This document shows, one piece after another, positions 26,327 to 42,316 of a stretch of DNA of 64,000 bases. The stretch spans positions 1 through 64,000 of the forward strand of contig JBBPEB010000006.1 in assembly GCA_039096225.1 (NCBI GenBank), written 5' to 3'. A model generated the notes under the pieces. The model saw nothing but the letters and a program-made list of their open reading frames with translations, ran no database searches and was not told the origin of the DNA. The stretch comes from Blastocystis sp. Blastoise (Eukaryota > Protista > Bigyra: Opalinata). Both the position numbers and the translations under genes were made by a program. Position 1 is the first letter of the stretch. Every line of letters begins with the position of its first letter.

Positions 26327-26690
26327 CCCTAACCCTAACCCTAACCCTAACCCTAACCCTAACCCTAACCCTAACCCTAACCCTAACCCTAACCCTAACC
26401 TAACCCTAACCCTAACCCTACCCTAACCCTAACCCTAACCCTAACCCTAACCCTAACCCTAACCCTAACCCTAACCCTAACCCTAACCCTAACCCTAACC
26501 CTAACCCTAACCCTAACCCTAACCCTAACCCTAACCCTAACCCTAACCCTAACCCTAACCCTAACCCTAACCTAACCCTAACCCTAACCCTAACCCTAAC
26601 CCTAACCCTAACCCTAACCCTAACCCTAACCCTAACCCTAACCCTAACCCTAACCTAACCCTAACCCTAACCCTAACCCTAACCCTAACC

Positions 26691-26731
<41 letters not shown>

Positions 26732-26798
26732 CCCTAACCCTAACCCTAACCCTAACCCCTAACCCTAACCCTAACCCCTAACCCTAACCCAAACCCAA

Positions 26799-26831
<33 letters not shown>

Positions 26832-26832
26832 C
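25727..26832. repeat. Internal telomere tract (CCCTAA)n, same orientation as the terminal one
   Basis: About 1.1 kb of CCCTAA with many 1-nt indel variants; preceded by T9 (25718-25726). Confidence 0.98.
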
Positions 26833-27700
26833 TCTATAAGTCATAAATAATCATAAATGTGTCATTGTATATAAAATACTCAACTTTCATGAACAGTCAC
26901 ATGAATATGTCAGAAAACACCTATAAGTCATATATACACATAACCCTTACTCTTAGACTAAAGTATATCTTAATTTTTAAAAGAGACACTAACGTATATT
27001 ACATAGCACTCTATACCTCCTATATATGCATAAGTATTTTGTTATCTATGAAAATATCTTACTTTCAAAAATAATCACGGGAATATATTAAATAATACTC
27101 TAGAAGTCATAAATAACCATCAATATTTCATTATATGTAAAAATAATCAATTTTCAAAAATAATCATGAAAATTTATCAAATAAGACTCTATAAGTCATA
27201 AATAATCATAATATTATCATGATCCATAAAATACTCGACTCTCATAAAATACCACCTAAATATGTTATAGAAAACCTATAAGACTTATAATATACATAAG
27301 TCTATCGTTTTGTATAAAAATATAAAAATTTTCTAAATAATTACTGAAATATCCCATATAACACTCTATATGTCATATATATACATAAGTCTATATTTTT
27401 CTATAAAAATATCTTACTTTCAAAAATAATCACGATTATCTATCAAATTTTACTTTGGATAACATAAATAATCATAAATGTATCATTATATTTAAAATCA
27501 TCAACTTTCAAAAATAATCACGGGAATTTATTTAATTTTACTCTAGAACTCTTCAATAATCATAAAAATATCATTTTATATATATATATAATCAAGTTTA
27601 ACACATAATCACGATTATTCATCAAATTACACTCAAAAAGTCATAAATTTCATAAATACTTCATTATATATAAAATGATTACTTATTAATTTTTTTGTTA
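26831..27700. repeat. Second copy of the ~88-bp telomere-associated satellite
   Basis: ACTCTATAAGTCATAAATAATCATAAAT and AATCACGGGAAT units at about 26831, 27073, 27162, 27428, 27516 and 27607. Confidence 0.9.
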
Positions 27701-30700
27701 TTAATGACTTATCAAGTCTCTTATATACTCCTAGGTACTCATTATTATCTATATGACTTACATACACCTATACTAGAACAAAACATTACACTTATTTGTC
27801 ATATTAGACTCTTAGCTACTATTTATTCTACCTAATTTTGTTTTATATATAAATTAAGCTTCTTTAGTCAATATTCACGATTATTTATAAATATTATATT
27901 AATAAATCGAATTATTCATAAATTCTATATCATTCATTAATTGTCATGTGACTCTATTCTTTCTCATATATAAATACCAAGCATATCAATTCTAAAAAAT
28001 ATAGTGTTTGTTATTAAAAAAATTAATATTTTATAATTATTTGTAATTATATGTATATATATACATATATTCATTATTATTCTATCTTATCAACATTAAT
28101 TAACATAATTCTAATGCATATCATAAATATTCTTAAAGCATTCATTACTAATTGAATTATTCATTATAAATAATATATTTCCATACAATCAAAAATAAAA
28201 CTATAATATATCATTTTAATTTTTTTTTCTAATTTATATATTTATACATTTTAAAAACTAATATAATTTCTTAATATATATTATAAATAATTTTATATAT
28301 ATAACAAACTATAAATTTTAATAATTTCTTTTCTATTATTCAAATAGATATATTTACATATATAATGAATTCATATATATATATGATTATCTTCATTCAT
28401 TTTTATATATATGTATAAATAAAAAGTAATATTATTTATAAGAATATTTCTAATACTAAACAATTTCAATGCAATTTTATTTCATCAATTGATTAATTCA
28501 TATAAAATATAACGTTAATTTATTATTATTCAATTATTTAAATAGAATTTTATATTAATATATAATGAAAATTATATTTTTAAATCATCTTCATTATTTT
28601 AATTTTTTAATTTAAATATCAATCAAAAATCAATAGTTATTTTCATTTAAAAATTACATATATATTTATTAATTAAAAATTTTTTTATTAATTAATAAAT
28701 ATATTTGTTTGTAATATTTTCTATATTAATTTAATAGTATTATTCATTATATTATTTATTATAAAACAATAATTATTATTAAATACAATTCATTATGTTA
28801 AATGTAAAATAACTTTATACTATAAAATATTATCATAAATTAATTTGGAAATAATCATTTTTTAATAAATATATATATATAATATACATTCAAAAAACTA
28901 TTTCATTTATATTTTATTAATATATTTATTCAATATATATATATAAATGTAATTTATATTTAAAAAATATTTCTATTATCACATTTAAATGAATTCTTTT
29001 ATATTAATATAACCTATTCATAATTCAATTCATTTTTATAAATAAAATAAATAATTAAATAATTAAACTACATAAAAATAATAAAAAATTCATTTAATCT
29101 TAATAAAAATCAAATATCTTATTCAAAGAATAATTTATTAACAAATATATTTTGAATTCCATATTATTAATAGAATATCGAATGAATAAATAAAATATAA
29201 AAATAAATTATAAATAAATGAATGTAAATAGTATTTTAAAAATATTTAATTCATTATTTAGATAAATAGTTTAGTACATAATTCTTATCTTTTATTTATT
29301 AATGCTTCAATATCATTAAAATCATTAACATTATAATAAATATTATATTAATTAAATAATTATATTTATAAATATAAATATAAATTCATTTAATAAAAAT
29401 AAATCATTGACATTAAAATATATAAAAAATATTTTATAAAACAATTTATATATATTTTATAATAATAAAATAAATTAAAATATAATATTTGAATCTATTA
29501 TAATTCTATATCAACACATATGCATTTTCTACGTATTATCATTTAATATTAATATTTATTTAAAGATATAACACTACAATGTTTTATATATTTCAATAAT
29601 TAGTTAAAATATTTTATTAATAAAAAAACATTTATCACTTTAAGAATAATTTCTTTTAATATTATATATATATTTCTAATTAAAAATAATCTGTTTTCAA
29701 ATTGTATATATTAATAAAATTAATAATATATATCTATAAAAATAAATATTATATTTTTTATTAATGTTTATTTATATAATAAAAATTTTAAAAGAATGGT
29801 TTTGATTATCTATATATGATAAATAATTCTTTAATATTACTAATTTTGGATTATCATTAATAATATATATAAAACTTATATATATATATATAATATATAA
29901 TTGAAAATCAATTTATGACACTAAAATCCACTCCAAAACAAGAATTAAAAATTATTTTCTTTTAAAAATTTTATTTTTTTTCATATATTAATTTTATTTA
30001 TATCTAAAAAATAGCAAATTAAAATTTTTAAATTATTTTTATTTAACTTTTTATATAATTCGAAATATTTCATAGAATTATTTATTTACTATTCATAATT
30101 TAAAAGAAAAATTAGTTTTTTTTTATTTCCTTATAAGTGATCACTATACAACATTAATATTATTTTTTAATTATTTTACTTTATATAGATTCTTTGACAT
30201 ATAGACCATTTTCACTAATAGATATTTTTTTGTTTTCTTTTTTTTAAATAACCCTTAGCCTGATTACTATCATCCTCTAGAAAAGCACAAATAGAAATAA
30301 AAAATCACATTGTGACTCTAAAGTCAACACCAAATAACGTATATGACACCACTATCAGACCCAATATTTTTTTAAGAAACAATTTCAGAAATTTATTTGG
30401 TTCTAACCCTAAGCAAATAAAAATACACGAGAAATAAAGCATATATATTATTTAATTAACATAATATGGGTATTAATGATATATAAAAGGGTTTAATAAG
30501 TCATTTCATATTTAATTGATATCCTTTTTAATCCCAAAGAAACTCATTTTCATTTAATAATATTATAAACAGAAAAATAATAAACTAAAAAAAAAGAATA
30601 CATAAATAATTAATAAACTAACATAGATTTTTTTATATGTTTAGTATTCATGGAGAGTGTCGTTTTTTGACCATTTTTAAAGACTATAGAAATGTAATTA

Positions 30701-32199
30701 TAAAAATGTTGATAATTTAATAATAATAAATTATACACCTTATATAAACACATCAAACATCATCTTATCTTCAATTATATGATCATTCTGAAAGACTATA
30801 TATAGTTTAAAATAAAAAGGAATAAAACAATTATAATAAATAATATATATTAAATGCACACATCAATCAACGATTACACTTCAAGGACCACCAGCTAAAA
30901 AAGCCAACTGTAACTATAATATAAAAATATTTAAAGCATACATTTCAAAGTAAGTCATTCCTGATCAGTAGAACACCAAAAACAAAGTTATAACTATAAA
31001 AAGTAGATAAATAGTAAAATAAGAACATATTTTCATCCAAGAAAAAAATTGTGTTCATCTCTTATTTATTTGAGTCATAAATGATAACTATAAAATAGAA
31101 TATGTTTATAAATAACCATAAATACCATTAGAAACCAAAAAAAAAAAACAATCATAAAAAATCAATAATAAAATAATTTATGTGAAAAACTTTTATGTCA
31201 AATAACAATCCAACCCCTAACCCTAAAATATGTATAAAATTTTTATATATACGAAAACTCTGAAAATTCTACCCTATGATGATTTCTCCTTTTTTTCTTT
31301 TGAATGATTGAATACTAAAAAAATCAGCATAGTTCAAATATCACTGTATATTCATAATATAATAATTATGATATTTATATTTATGTTATGACAAGTGATA
31401 TTAGGTTATTGAAAGAATAAAAATCAATAACAAATGAAATAAAAACTATATTGTATTTAATCGAGATACTATAATAATTATATAATATTTTATTACAATA
31501 ATTATATCATTTAAAATAAGAAAATATTTAATCTGATATACTTTCACAAACTGATTTACTATTTCTTTAAAAATATTTTTTATTTATAAAAATATAACTC
31601 TTCTTATTTTTACATACTCATAGAAATAAATTTGTAAAGAACTAAGTTTTAAATGAATCAATTTAAATAATATTAATAGAAATAAAAGTGTAAAAAAATA
31701 TTATTCTTATAAACAAAACTATATATATAGAAAACTAATAGTTATTTAGATAGAAACGTTAATAATAAACTAATTTATATTCTTATGATATTTATTACAA
31801 GAAGAAATAAAAATAATAGTATAAACGAATATATATATATTATTTAGTAAATAATAAAAAAGAGTAATAACATGGAATAGTAATTATATATATGTTGTAA
31901 AGATATAAAAGAACTTATTAAAGAATATATATATAGCATAGACTATTTTTTCTTTAGAAATATATGTTTATTACTCCTATTGATTATATCATTATTATTT
32001 ATTTTTATCATTAAATTCATTCTTATCTATTATAGTATAATTCAGTGAATAATTTAATAAAATACTTAGACTATAAAAAAAATAAGTTTATAGATATAAT
32101 ATATATAATAATAATATATAATAGAAGATATAATTAAACAAAAACATTCAAAATAATACTCTTCGAATTCGAAAGAACTAAAGTTAACAACATACAAAG

Positions 32200-32285
32200 A
32201 GAATAACCAAAAGATCAAAGGAAGAAATAGTATCATTCTATTTATCTTTGTATGTATTAATATCTAAATATATACATCAATAACA

Positions 32286-32319
<34 letters not shown>

Positions 32320-32810
32320 CTTGTCTATAATCTTATTTCCAATATTATTTCGACTTTTCAATACTTTTAATTGTTCAGTATATGTAGATAATAATAAAAA
32401 CTTTATATATAAATAAATAATTAGTTTCTAAAGGAGATATGAAACCAGAATATATTCTTCTAAATTTTATATTAGTTTTAATTCATTTTATATTATTTAA
32501 TAGTTCTTTAATAGAATCCAGTATTTATTGTTTAGTTATAATAATATATTTATTCTCCTTAGAAAGATTAATGGACCCAATTTTTATATATCTGAAATTA
32601 GTTCTAGAGGAAGAAGAGTAGGTTTAGTAGATTCATTCTTAATAGTAAATAATTGTTCATATATAGTTACATATATATTTTTAATTGATTTCAATAAATC
32701 TTAAGAGTAATTCCTTTTTTATACAGTAAATTAATACATATTAATTATTTTAATAATATTTCTTAAGAAAATTGAGTTGCTAATTATAATGATTGAATAA
32801 GATCAGAAAA

Positions 32811-32842
<32 letters not shown>

Positions 32843-35800
32843 CTTGTTTTTTTAGTAATAATATAATAATTAGAAGGAGCTAACCAACACTTATTCATAT
32901 AAATATTTCATTTAAATCATAGAATAATGTAGTTATAGTAGATTTTGATTGTGATATAGAAGAAAGAGAAGGAGTAGAATACATATTAATAAATGGATTC
33001 TAGAATATATATATATAATATAATAAACATAAAATAATAATAATAATAACGTATATATACTTCTTTAAGTTTTTTTAAGAATTATTCAGCACACAGATAT
33101 AGATAATCTTTTTTTCCTTCATTCCCATAGAAAAATGAAAGGAAACCTTTTGAATTTGAAGAAATTAAAATCCTATTTTATTCTTTATTTAAATAACATA
33201 ATAATAAATTATATAGTTGTATATATCAATGAATATTTTCTTTATTATTATTATTTTTTATTATCTTCTTAAATTAATCTTCTACATTATAACCTATTCT
33301 TGAATAACTATTTATATGTACAATTTAATAAATTCCTAATAAATCAAATATATATTAATAATAAAACATTAATATATCGAAAATAATGATATAGTTCAGA
33401 TAATAATGTTTTCATAGAGATATCCATAAGATTATATAATTCTATTAGGTATATATAATTTATTAAAATTATTAGGAAACCATTTTATAGTAGTCAATAT
33501 CTTCATTATAGAAGAATCAGATCTATATATATAATAGATAAATAATACTGAATAAAAACAATAAATATATATACTTAATAATATTGAAGTTACCTAGAAT
33601 ATAATTAATAATAGTATTTCATAATGTTATATTCATAGGAGTCACCTTAGAAAGAAAGAATTCTTTAGAAACAGTAAAGAAGCAAGTCGATAATTTAAGA
33701 AAAGACAAATTTATTAACTAATAGGAACTATATATATATATATAATTTATAATTAATAACATTACTATATCCATAAAGATATTTCTATTGTATAAAATCA
33801 TCGGATATATAATATATCTGTAGAACAAAAAGAAACACAGATATTTTCTTGGGTATAAAAAAAGGTAATTAATTAATTACTGTTCTATACTATATATATA
33901 TATAATATTATAATTATAAATATATATATAAATATACTTTTTCAATATGATCTGGACTTCTTTCAATAATATATATTTATAAAAAAAATATTATTTATTA
34001 TCACTGAAAGATTCTACAGTTTTAAGTATGTTTTGGAACACAGATGAATCTTGTGCAATGAAACTAATATAGAATCAACATGACAAGGTGAATAACAGGA
34101 ATATAAAGAGTTTATTAGAGAGGAAGAGAGAGAGATGTCTAGAATAGAAATCGATACCTATATATATATATAAATAGATACACAACGAATAGAAAAAAGA
34201 GTAATAATAAAATAGATTGAAGTAAGAGATAATTATATCAATAATTATAATCATAATATGTTTATATACTTATAATTATAAACTTGTTATTGTTTTTCTA
34301 ATCCTTCTGTATTTATACAAAAAAAGTATTAATAGTAAATCAACACAATATATTATTTTCATGAGACATAAAAGGTCAGTAGACTTAATTCCGATGGAAA
34401 TCTGAATGGTTTACGTTTATATATAATAAATATGTTAAAGTATTCATTCTTGAGTAAATTGAAAAATATAAGAAGATATAGAATTATATTCTATTCCTAT
34501 ATATATAAATGATATCAGTTAAAAAAGAAAAAAAAAACAATAAAAATAATAGCAATAAATAATTATAATTATATAATATAATATACATATATATGTTGAA
34601 AACACTACATATTCTGGAGAGACATAAAAAATATGTATAACTATACGAAGATGGTGAAGAGGAGGAGTGAACGAAATGAAAATGGATCTAGAATATAGTA
34701 TGAGTAGCATTATATATATATAACGATTTATATAGAATAAGAGCAATTATATATGGAGAATATATAGATACTAACTATAATAATATTACTAATAATGTAA
34801 ATAAATTAATTAATAAATAAATTAATAACAAATAAATAAAAAATATAACATAAATAAAAATTACTAATATATATATAAACTATTTTCTTATAGATACCTC
34901 TAGTAATCTATAGAGTGAGTCACCTAATATGTATTCCTGTTTACTAGTCTTTTTATATGACTGTAGAATATAAATGAATAACAAATAATGCAAATAAATA
35001 AATAGCAAATAATACAAATAAATTTAGCAAATAATATAAATAACTAAATATATATATACTATAATAATTCAAGTTACAAGACTACTAATCTCTCTTTTAT
35101 ATTTCTCTGTTATTCTTTATATATATAATAATACGATCTGAACCTATATATAAATAAATATAAATCTATTCATATATATTAAATAAAAACAATATATATA
35201 TATAAATATATATAAATTCTTCTTAATAATAATAAAAATATTTCAATATACCATAATATTCAATTAAAATTGTTTTAAACATTATTTTCTAATTAAAAAT
35301 TTCCTATAGAGGAAATAAATAAGATTAAAAATACAATAACAAAAAATATACATAAAAAAAGTATTGAAATAATTAATAAATTTTATACATATATAATAAA
35401 ATATTGAATTACCAAACTAACAGTAGATATAATGTAAAACAACTATTTTCAATATATTTATATCTAGTATAATTAAATTAATATAATAAACATATGAATT
35501 AAATAAAAAAACAAAATAAAATAAAGATATATATGTATATAAATATTTACCTATAAGAATTTTTGAAGATTTTGTTTGTTTTATAATTTAGAACATTCAA
35601 GACACCAGAATGACATCAAAGTATTAATTTCGATATTCTAAACTAAAATAAATAAATAATATAAAACAATAAATATATACAAAAACAAATGATCTCCCAT
35701 TTTCTCATTTTTTTTGATTTTTTGAATTCATTTTGATTTAGAACTGTTTGTATACCTTGTGAGATTGTTCTGAATCACTCCAATTATGATTAACCTATAT

Positions 35801-38711
35801 ATAAATAATAATAATTATCAACATTTACAATACTTTTTCGAACATATTTCTTCCTGTTTCATCACAACTAGATCATAGTCTAATAACGTCAGGTATTGCC
35901 AATAAACTATAAATATAAATAAATAAAAATATAATTATAACTAAGTCTTTGAGTATCAAATAAAAATACATTATTACAACTATACAGGTGGCAAACACTT
36001 TCTTTAATAATTAGTAAAAAAATTAAATAATAATAGTAATTATTCATTCAGAATATATATTATAAAAAGTAATCTTTATTTCAAAAGAAAAATAATAGAA
36101 AAATTTCACTTATTTTTTATATTTTTTTTCTTTTTAGAAAAACAAAATATATTTTTGGATCTAGTTGAATTACATACCCATTTTGGGAATATATTAGATC
36201 GATTTTATTTTGTTTCTGTTATTTTGGTACCCAAAACTGGATCTAATAAAAATAAATTTGAATGAAATTTTATTATATACATATTATAACAGTTTACAAT
36301 CCACTTCTGTTTCATATATCATCATATGTTTATCATCAATTTTATCTATCTAATATATTAGTATTATAGAAATTTACATTATTTAATATTATTCAATAAC
36401 TATATTTGATAATTATACTATTGAAATATTATCATCAATTAATTTAAATATATATTTTTATTTTATTATATAACTAAATATCATATTAATCAAATAAGAA
36501 TGATTCTATTTGTATAATAATATCATTAATATTATTTTTTATAAAATTCAATATAGTATGAATAATAAATCTTAATCATTTTCATCATTCTTTATATTTC
36601 TATTATTATTATTATTTGAATTATTATTATTATTATTATTAGCAGTAGTATTAACATCAATAATATCATTAATATACTAATGTCTTTATGAATATCTATT
36701 TAAATATTATTATTATTATGATTATAATATTGATTCCCTATTTCTGAATGAAACATAATATAATAGGATAATGAAGAATATTTAGTAGCTCTTCAACAAA
36801 TAAAAAAGCCTGTAGAAGAGAGAAATGAAGGAGAAATATAATAAGTAACACCCTCATTATTATTTATATTCATATTATTATTATTATAAAAATTAGTTTT
36901 GATTGTTAGCCTTGAATTCAAAAATATAGTAATAATAGTAGTAGTAACTAATAATGGTGATAAAGAACTCGCTAATGATTGAATTGGAGATAAACATATA
37001 GTATGGCTTTGTTTAGTCTTATAATAAGAATATATAGTAGAAGAAGTAGTAATAATAGTAGTTGCTGTTGTAATAGCAGTAATAGGATTATCAGTCGTTG
37101 TACTAGTAATAATTGATTTAGATGAGAATGTAGGAACAGCCATACTATTAGTTAGTTAAATGATTCATATCAGAACTATTATTATGATAACAAGAAAGAG
37201 ATTCTGAAGTCATAGAGAAAGAGTATATTTGGAGATTAGATAAAGAATGGATAGTATATGATGTAGGAGGAAGACTATTACTAACAGTAGTATGTATAGG
37301 ATTAAGAAGAGTTGAAATAGTAATAGTAGTAGCATTAGGAATATAAATATTATTATTAGTAGCAATCATAGAATTATTATTTATATTGTTATTAGTAGTA
37401 GTAATAACATTATTATTTGTAGAAGACATATTATTAATAGTAGAAATAAATACCATATTATTATTGTATGCGATATTATTTTCATTAGTATTATTATTAT
37501 TCATAATACTATTAGTATTATAAATCATATTATTAGTTTCAGTTTTCATAATCTTATGTTCTTCTTTTATGTGAATTAAGGATTGATTCTTCTCATTATA
37601 TGAGATAGTATTATCATTCTTTGTAGAATTATTAATAGTATAATTCTGATCTTCTGTTGATATAGATAATGGTATATATATATTAAAAGAATATTCTGTC
37701 GAATCTAATATATCATTTGATTGAATATTAGTATTATTATCTTCATTATTATTATTATTTGAATAATGTATATCTATAGAAGGAGTAGATGAATATAAAT
37801 ATATATTATATAAAATATATTTAGAAGAAGGAAGAAGAGTAATAGGAGTATTATAATGAGTAGTTTCAGACTGATTATGTATATATATGTAGATAGGCTA
37901 TCTTATATAGTAGAAGGTAAATTATGAATACAAGAAGAAGAAGAAAGAATGAATAAGAAGACGTAATGATGAATGTTTTGTTTTAGAAGATTCTGTTGTT
38001 TCTGTGAATGGTATATTATTATTATATACTGTAGATATACTATTTGAATGAAATCGATTTTTTGAGGTATTCTATTTATACTATTCTCTTTTTAAATAAT
38101 TCTTTATCTTTAAGAATTATAGGACTTAATGTATTCTTATTTATATATTCATTTTATGAATCATTATAATAGTTTATAGCTATTTTATTAGTTAATATAA
38201 AGTTATTTGAATTATTATATATTGAATTATTATTAGTATTCACAAAAATATTACTACTTATGAAACTTGAGTATCTTCTTCATTTGTTGTAGTTAAATAT
38301 ATTAGAAGAGGAAAACATGTCTTTTGAGATATAGATACATATATCAGAATATATATTATTTTCTTGAATAGAAGAATATGATTGAGTATAATCATTTGAT
38401 ATAGGTATAGTTGAAGATGATAAAGGTTGTGTTGAATAATTAGAAGAATCTGTAAATGACTGAGATGAAGAAGAAGGAATAGTAGATGAAGATCTATGTG
38501 TAGTTGTAATAGGAGAAATATTTGTATTATTAATAGAAGGAAAATGAGATATAGAAGGAGACATTGAACGAAGTGGAATAGGTGAATGAAATTTCGGAGT
38601 TGAAAGCACAGAAAGACTTTTTCGATTCATACATAATCGCCTAAATAATGTGTTATTCCAATGTGAAATAGAAGCTCGATTTAGTTTATTTTTTTATTGT
38701 GAGGATCGCAT
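32200..38711 (-). pseudogene. Long degraded intron-rich gene(s) including a Ser/Thr/Asn-rich exon broken into ORFs 38280, 37148 and 36793
   Basis: Adjacent same-strand low-complexity ORFs separated by stops and frameshifts; repeated CTATATAT...ATAC minus-strand intron signatures down to ~32300. Number of original genes unknown. Confidence 0.55.
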
Positions 38712-38769
38712 AGAAGAAAGAGATACAATAGTATTATTATTATTATATATAACAATAATAGTAATATTT

Positions 38770-39459
38770 ATTTTTTAAGAATTTCTTCAAATTCAGTATG
38801 AATCTGTTTCATCACATTATATACTTTAATGTCATAGACTATTCTATAATCATAATATTATTCTTTTAAAAAGAATTTCATAAATTATTTTTAAAAGAAG
38901 AATATAAGTAACTACATTAATAGGAGAATAAAATAATAATATTCAAGATGCATTAATATTTTTATGACTATATAAAATATATATAAATAATATATAACTA
39001 TAATAAGAATAAATATATTAATTATAACCATATAAGAATATATATATACCTATAGAATAGTTCTTCTTCCATTTATAATCGATATTTCAATATATATATA
39101 AGTTTAGTATATTTAATAATGTTTATATCTTTCTTTTAACACTTCTAAACCATATACAACAATTTATTTCTTTTATTCTTAGATAATAATATATTTTATA
39201 TAAAACAATATATTTATATATTCATTAATAAGACATTTTTTAACGTAAAATAATTCAAATATAAGCTATTTTCAAAGCTAAAAATTTAAATATAATATTC
39301 AATTAATTTATTCCAAAAAATAATTCCATTTTAAATAATAAAGACCAAATATAGGATATATAAATATATATAGGATAACATTCAAATAGCTATTTAATGA
39401 TTAATATTTAAATTGTTGTCTCTCTCTATATATATATTTCTTATCAGTTCTTCTTTAAG

Positions 39460-39493
<34 letters not shown>

Positions 39494-39495
39494 TA
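38770..39495 (-). pseudogene. Second copy of the 19030-19810 gene fragment
   Basis: Direct, colinear, moderately diverged match to 19030-19810. Confidence 0.65.
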
Positions 39496-42316
39496 TCAAG
39501 GTAGTAAATATATTAAATAGATCAAATGGATCTACAAATGAATAAGATTAATCATCCTCTATATAATATTATGTATTATATATATATATATATATTATTA
39601 TTATTATATATAATAGATACATATTATACAAACAAAATATATATATATATATATATATTATACAATATATTTATATACATCAAGTTATTTGAAACCCTTA
39701 AGAATATAATCCTTCTGTAAATGGAAGATATGAATTGTTGTAAGGGTAAGAATAATGATTTAAAGGCAAGAAGATGAAAAGGAGGGACTTTTAGAAGATA
39801 ATAATTATATAAATCTATATAGATATATAATATTTGTTGTTTTATAGCTTTTATAAAAGCATTTAATTTAAAAGTTTAGAGTTAAAGATATAGATTCAAA
39901 ATAGTAGTTGAAAAACTATATATATATACTTGATAAAAATAGAATAATAAACATAGAGATAAAAAAGAGATTATTAAATGTCATGAATATCTATATAACA
40001 AATAAAATAGATATAAAATACTTTACACTATTATATATAATACATATATACAAAACTATCATCTTTAAAAAAGATTAAATTAATCAGAATATCATATAAT
40101 TCTCTTTATTTAATTTAATAGTATAAACATATCCATAATGTAAAATATATTCACCAACTTTTCTCTATTATAATAATAATAATTTCTCTCTTCCCTAAAC
40201 ACTTTTTTTTACAACAATTGCCATAAAACAAATGACACTTTTAATAGTTTTTAACAATGTAAAATAATTTTTTATTCACTGTATTAAGCCTGATTTAAAT
40301 GTCTTTCTGTGATAGTCATAACAAGTACCACAAAATATTGGCAACACACCTATATTATTTTTATATATTTCATCAAATTTATCTTTTTTATTATTTATTC
40401 AAATTTTCTATATTATTCTATTATTCATCTATATTTATACTCTTCATCATAATAAAACTATTTTTATAATCATTCTTATTTTATAATAGTTATAAATACT
40501 ATTAAAACGTTCATTTGGCTATTTTTGTAAATTGTATACTATTCATAAATTCTATACTATTCTCAACTTATTCTTGTTTATAAACTATTTTTTTATTATA
40601 TTTAAAAACTTTATTTAATTTTATTATTAATATTTTATTACATTTGTTCATTTCTTTTAAATAATATTCATTCTATACATTTATTTTACTCATTTTTATC
40701 TTTATTTTTTTACAATTCAATGATATAATTATATATATATTATATAAATATATATTCATATATATAATATTCCTATTATTATAGTTTATAAAAAATATTA
40801 AATTGTTAATAAATTAAAGAATAGAAACATCTTTCATATTTTATTATAGATAACTATTTACTGTTTGGAACTTTCTACAAGAATGTTTTTTAATGATTTT
40901 AATAAATAATAATGTATTGATGTTTATTATTATCATATAATTCCTATCCTTCATATATTTTATTGATTTTATTCTTATAATTTATATATTATTCTTTAAT
41001 ATATACCTATAAAATAAATAGATGTATAAAAAAAATTTTATTAAAAAGCTATTTATTTATTCTTGAGATTATTGTATAAAAATTAATATTAATAAACTTA
41101 TAATAATATAATGGTTAGAAAACAATTAACAAAACTATTTTTTATAATTTATTAATAAAAAAAATAATATTAATATATTGAAAAAACTTTTCTCAATAAA
41201 GAAAAGAAAAATATATATATAAAAATAGAAATCATAATTTATTATCCTATTTTATGCTCTTCCCCAGACTTCATAATCTTCTACTTTATAATTATTTTGA
41301 GAATTAGCATCATTAGTATTTACAAATAAAGATGATTTTTGAGGAGTATTCACTTCAGAATAAGAAGATGCTTTACAATAAGAATTAGTATTACTATGAC
41401 ATTGATCAGATATATAGATATCAAAACCACTTCCAAATGTTGGACCATAAGAAGAACCGCAAATAATACCATAACTACTATAAGTATTATCATATTTAGT
41501 AGGAGGAATACCATGTTCATTACTTAAAGTAAATAGAAATTCATTAGAATAAGATTTATTACCTATATAAATTATATCAATAAATCATGTAAAATAAATA
41601 AACATACTATATGAACCAGATTCCCAATCTTGATCTGTATATCCTCCAAATATATTCATATGATTATTATGACCTATATGTTTGATTATAGTTACTGTTT
41701 CTCCTTTATGATCACAATATTTATGAAATTCACTTAGAGAATAATAATGTTCACTTGCTCTATATATAATGATATAATATAATAAATTAATAAATACCTA
41801 AATAGTAATTTCCATTTCTTTTCCTTACCTAACCAATTCACTAAAGGACTCTCCAATGATTTATTTAAAATAATACTACTTCCTTTAAACCATGCTTGCT
41901 TCATTCCATCATTGACAATTTGTATTCCTTTATCACCAAAAATAAGGCACATTTCATTCTCCAAATTAATTCTACTAATATTTAGTATATCATCTTCTGT
42001 AGCAAAAAAAATATTATATTGAATATATTCATTGATATAATTAATATATTCAAAATTTATATTCATATACATTTCATTATTCTTCTTATCATAATCTACA
42101 TATCCATATCCATATTCATTAACAATCTTATTCCATAATCCATTAGTCTTTAAGTACTGTTTTAATCTGTCATCTTTCTTATCATTTATATAAAGAATAA
42201 CATCATCACCTTCTTTACATTCTTTGATATTACGATCTCTTCTATAGCGACTCTTAACAAATTCTTCAGGAATAGGTAAATTACAATATTCAAACATTCT
42301 TAATAAATCAATTTGA

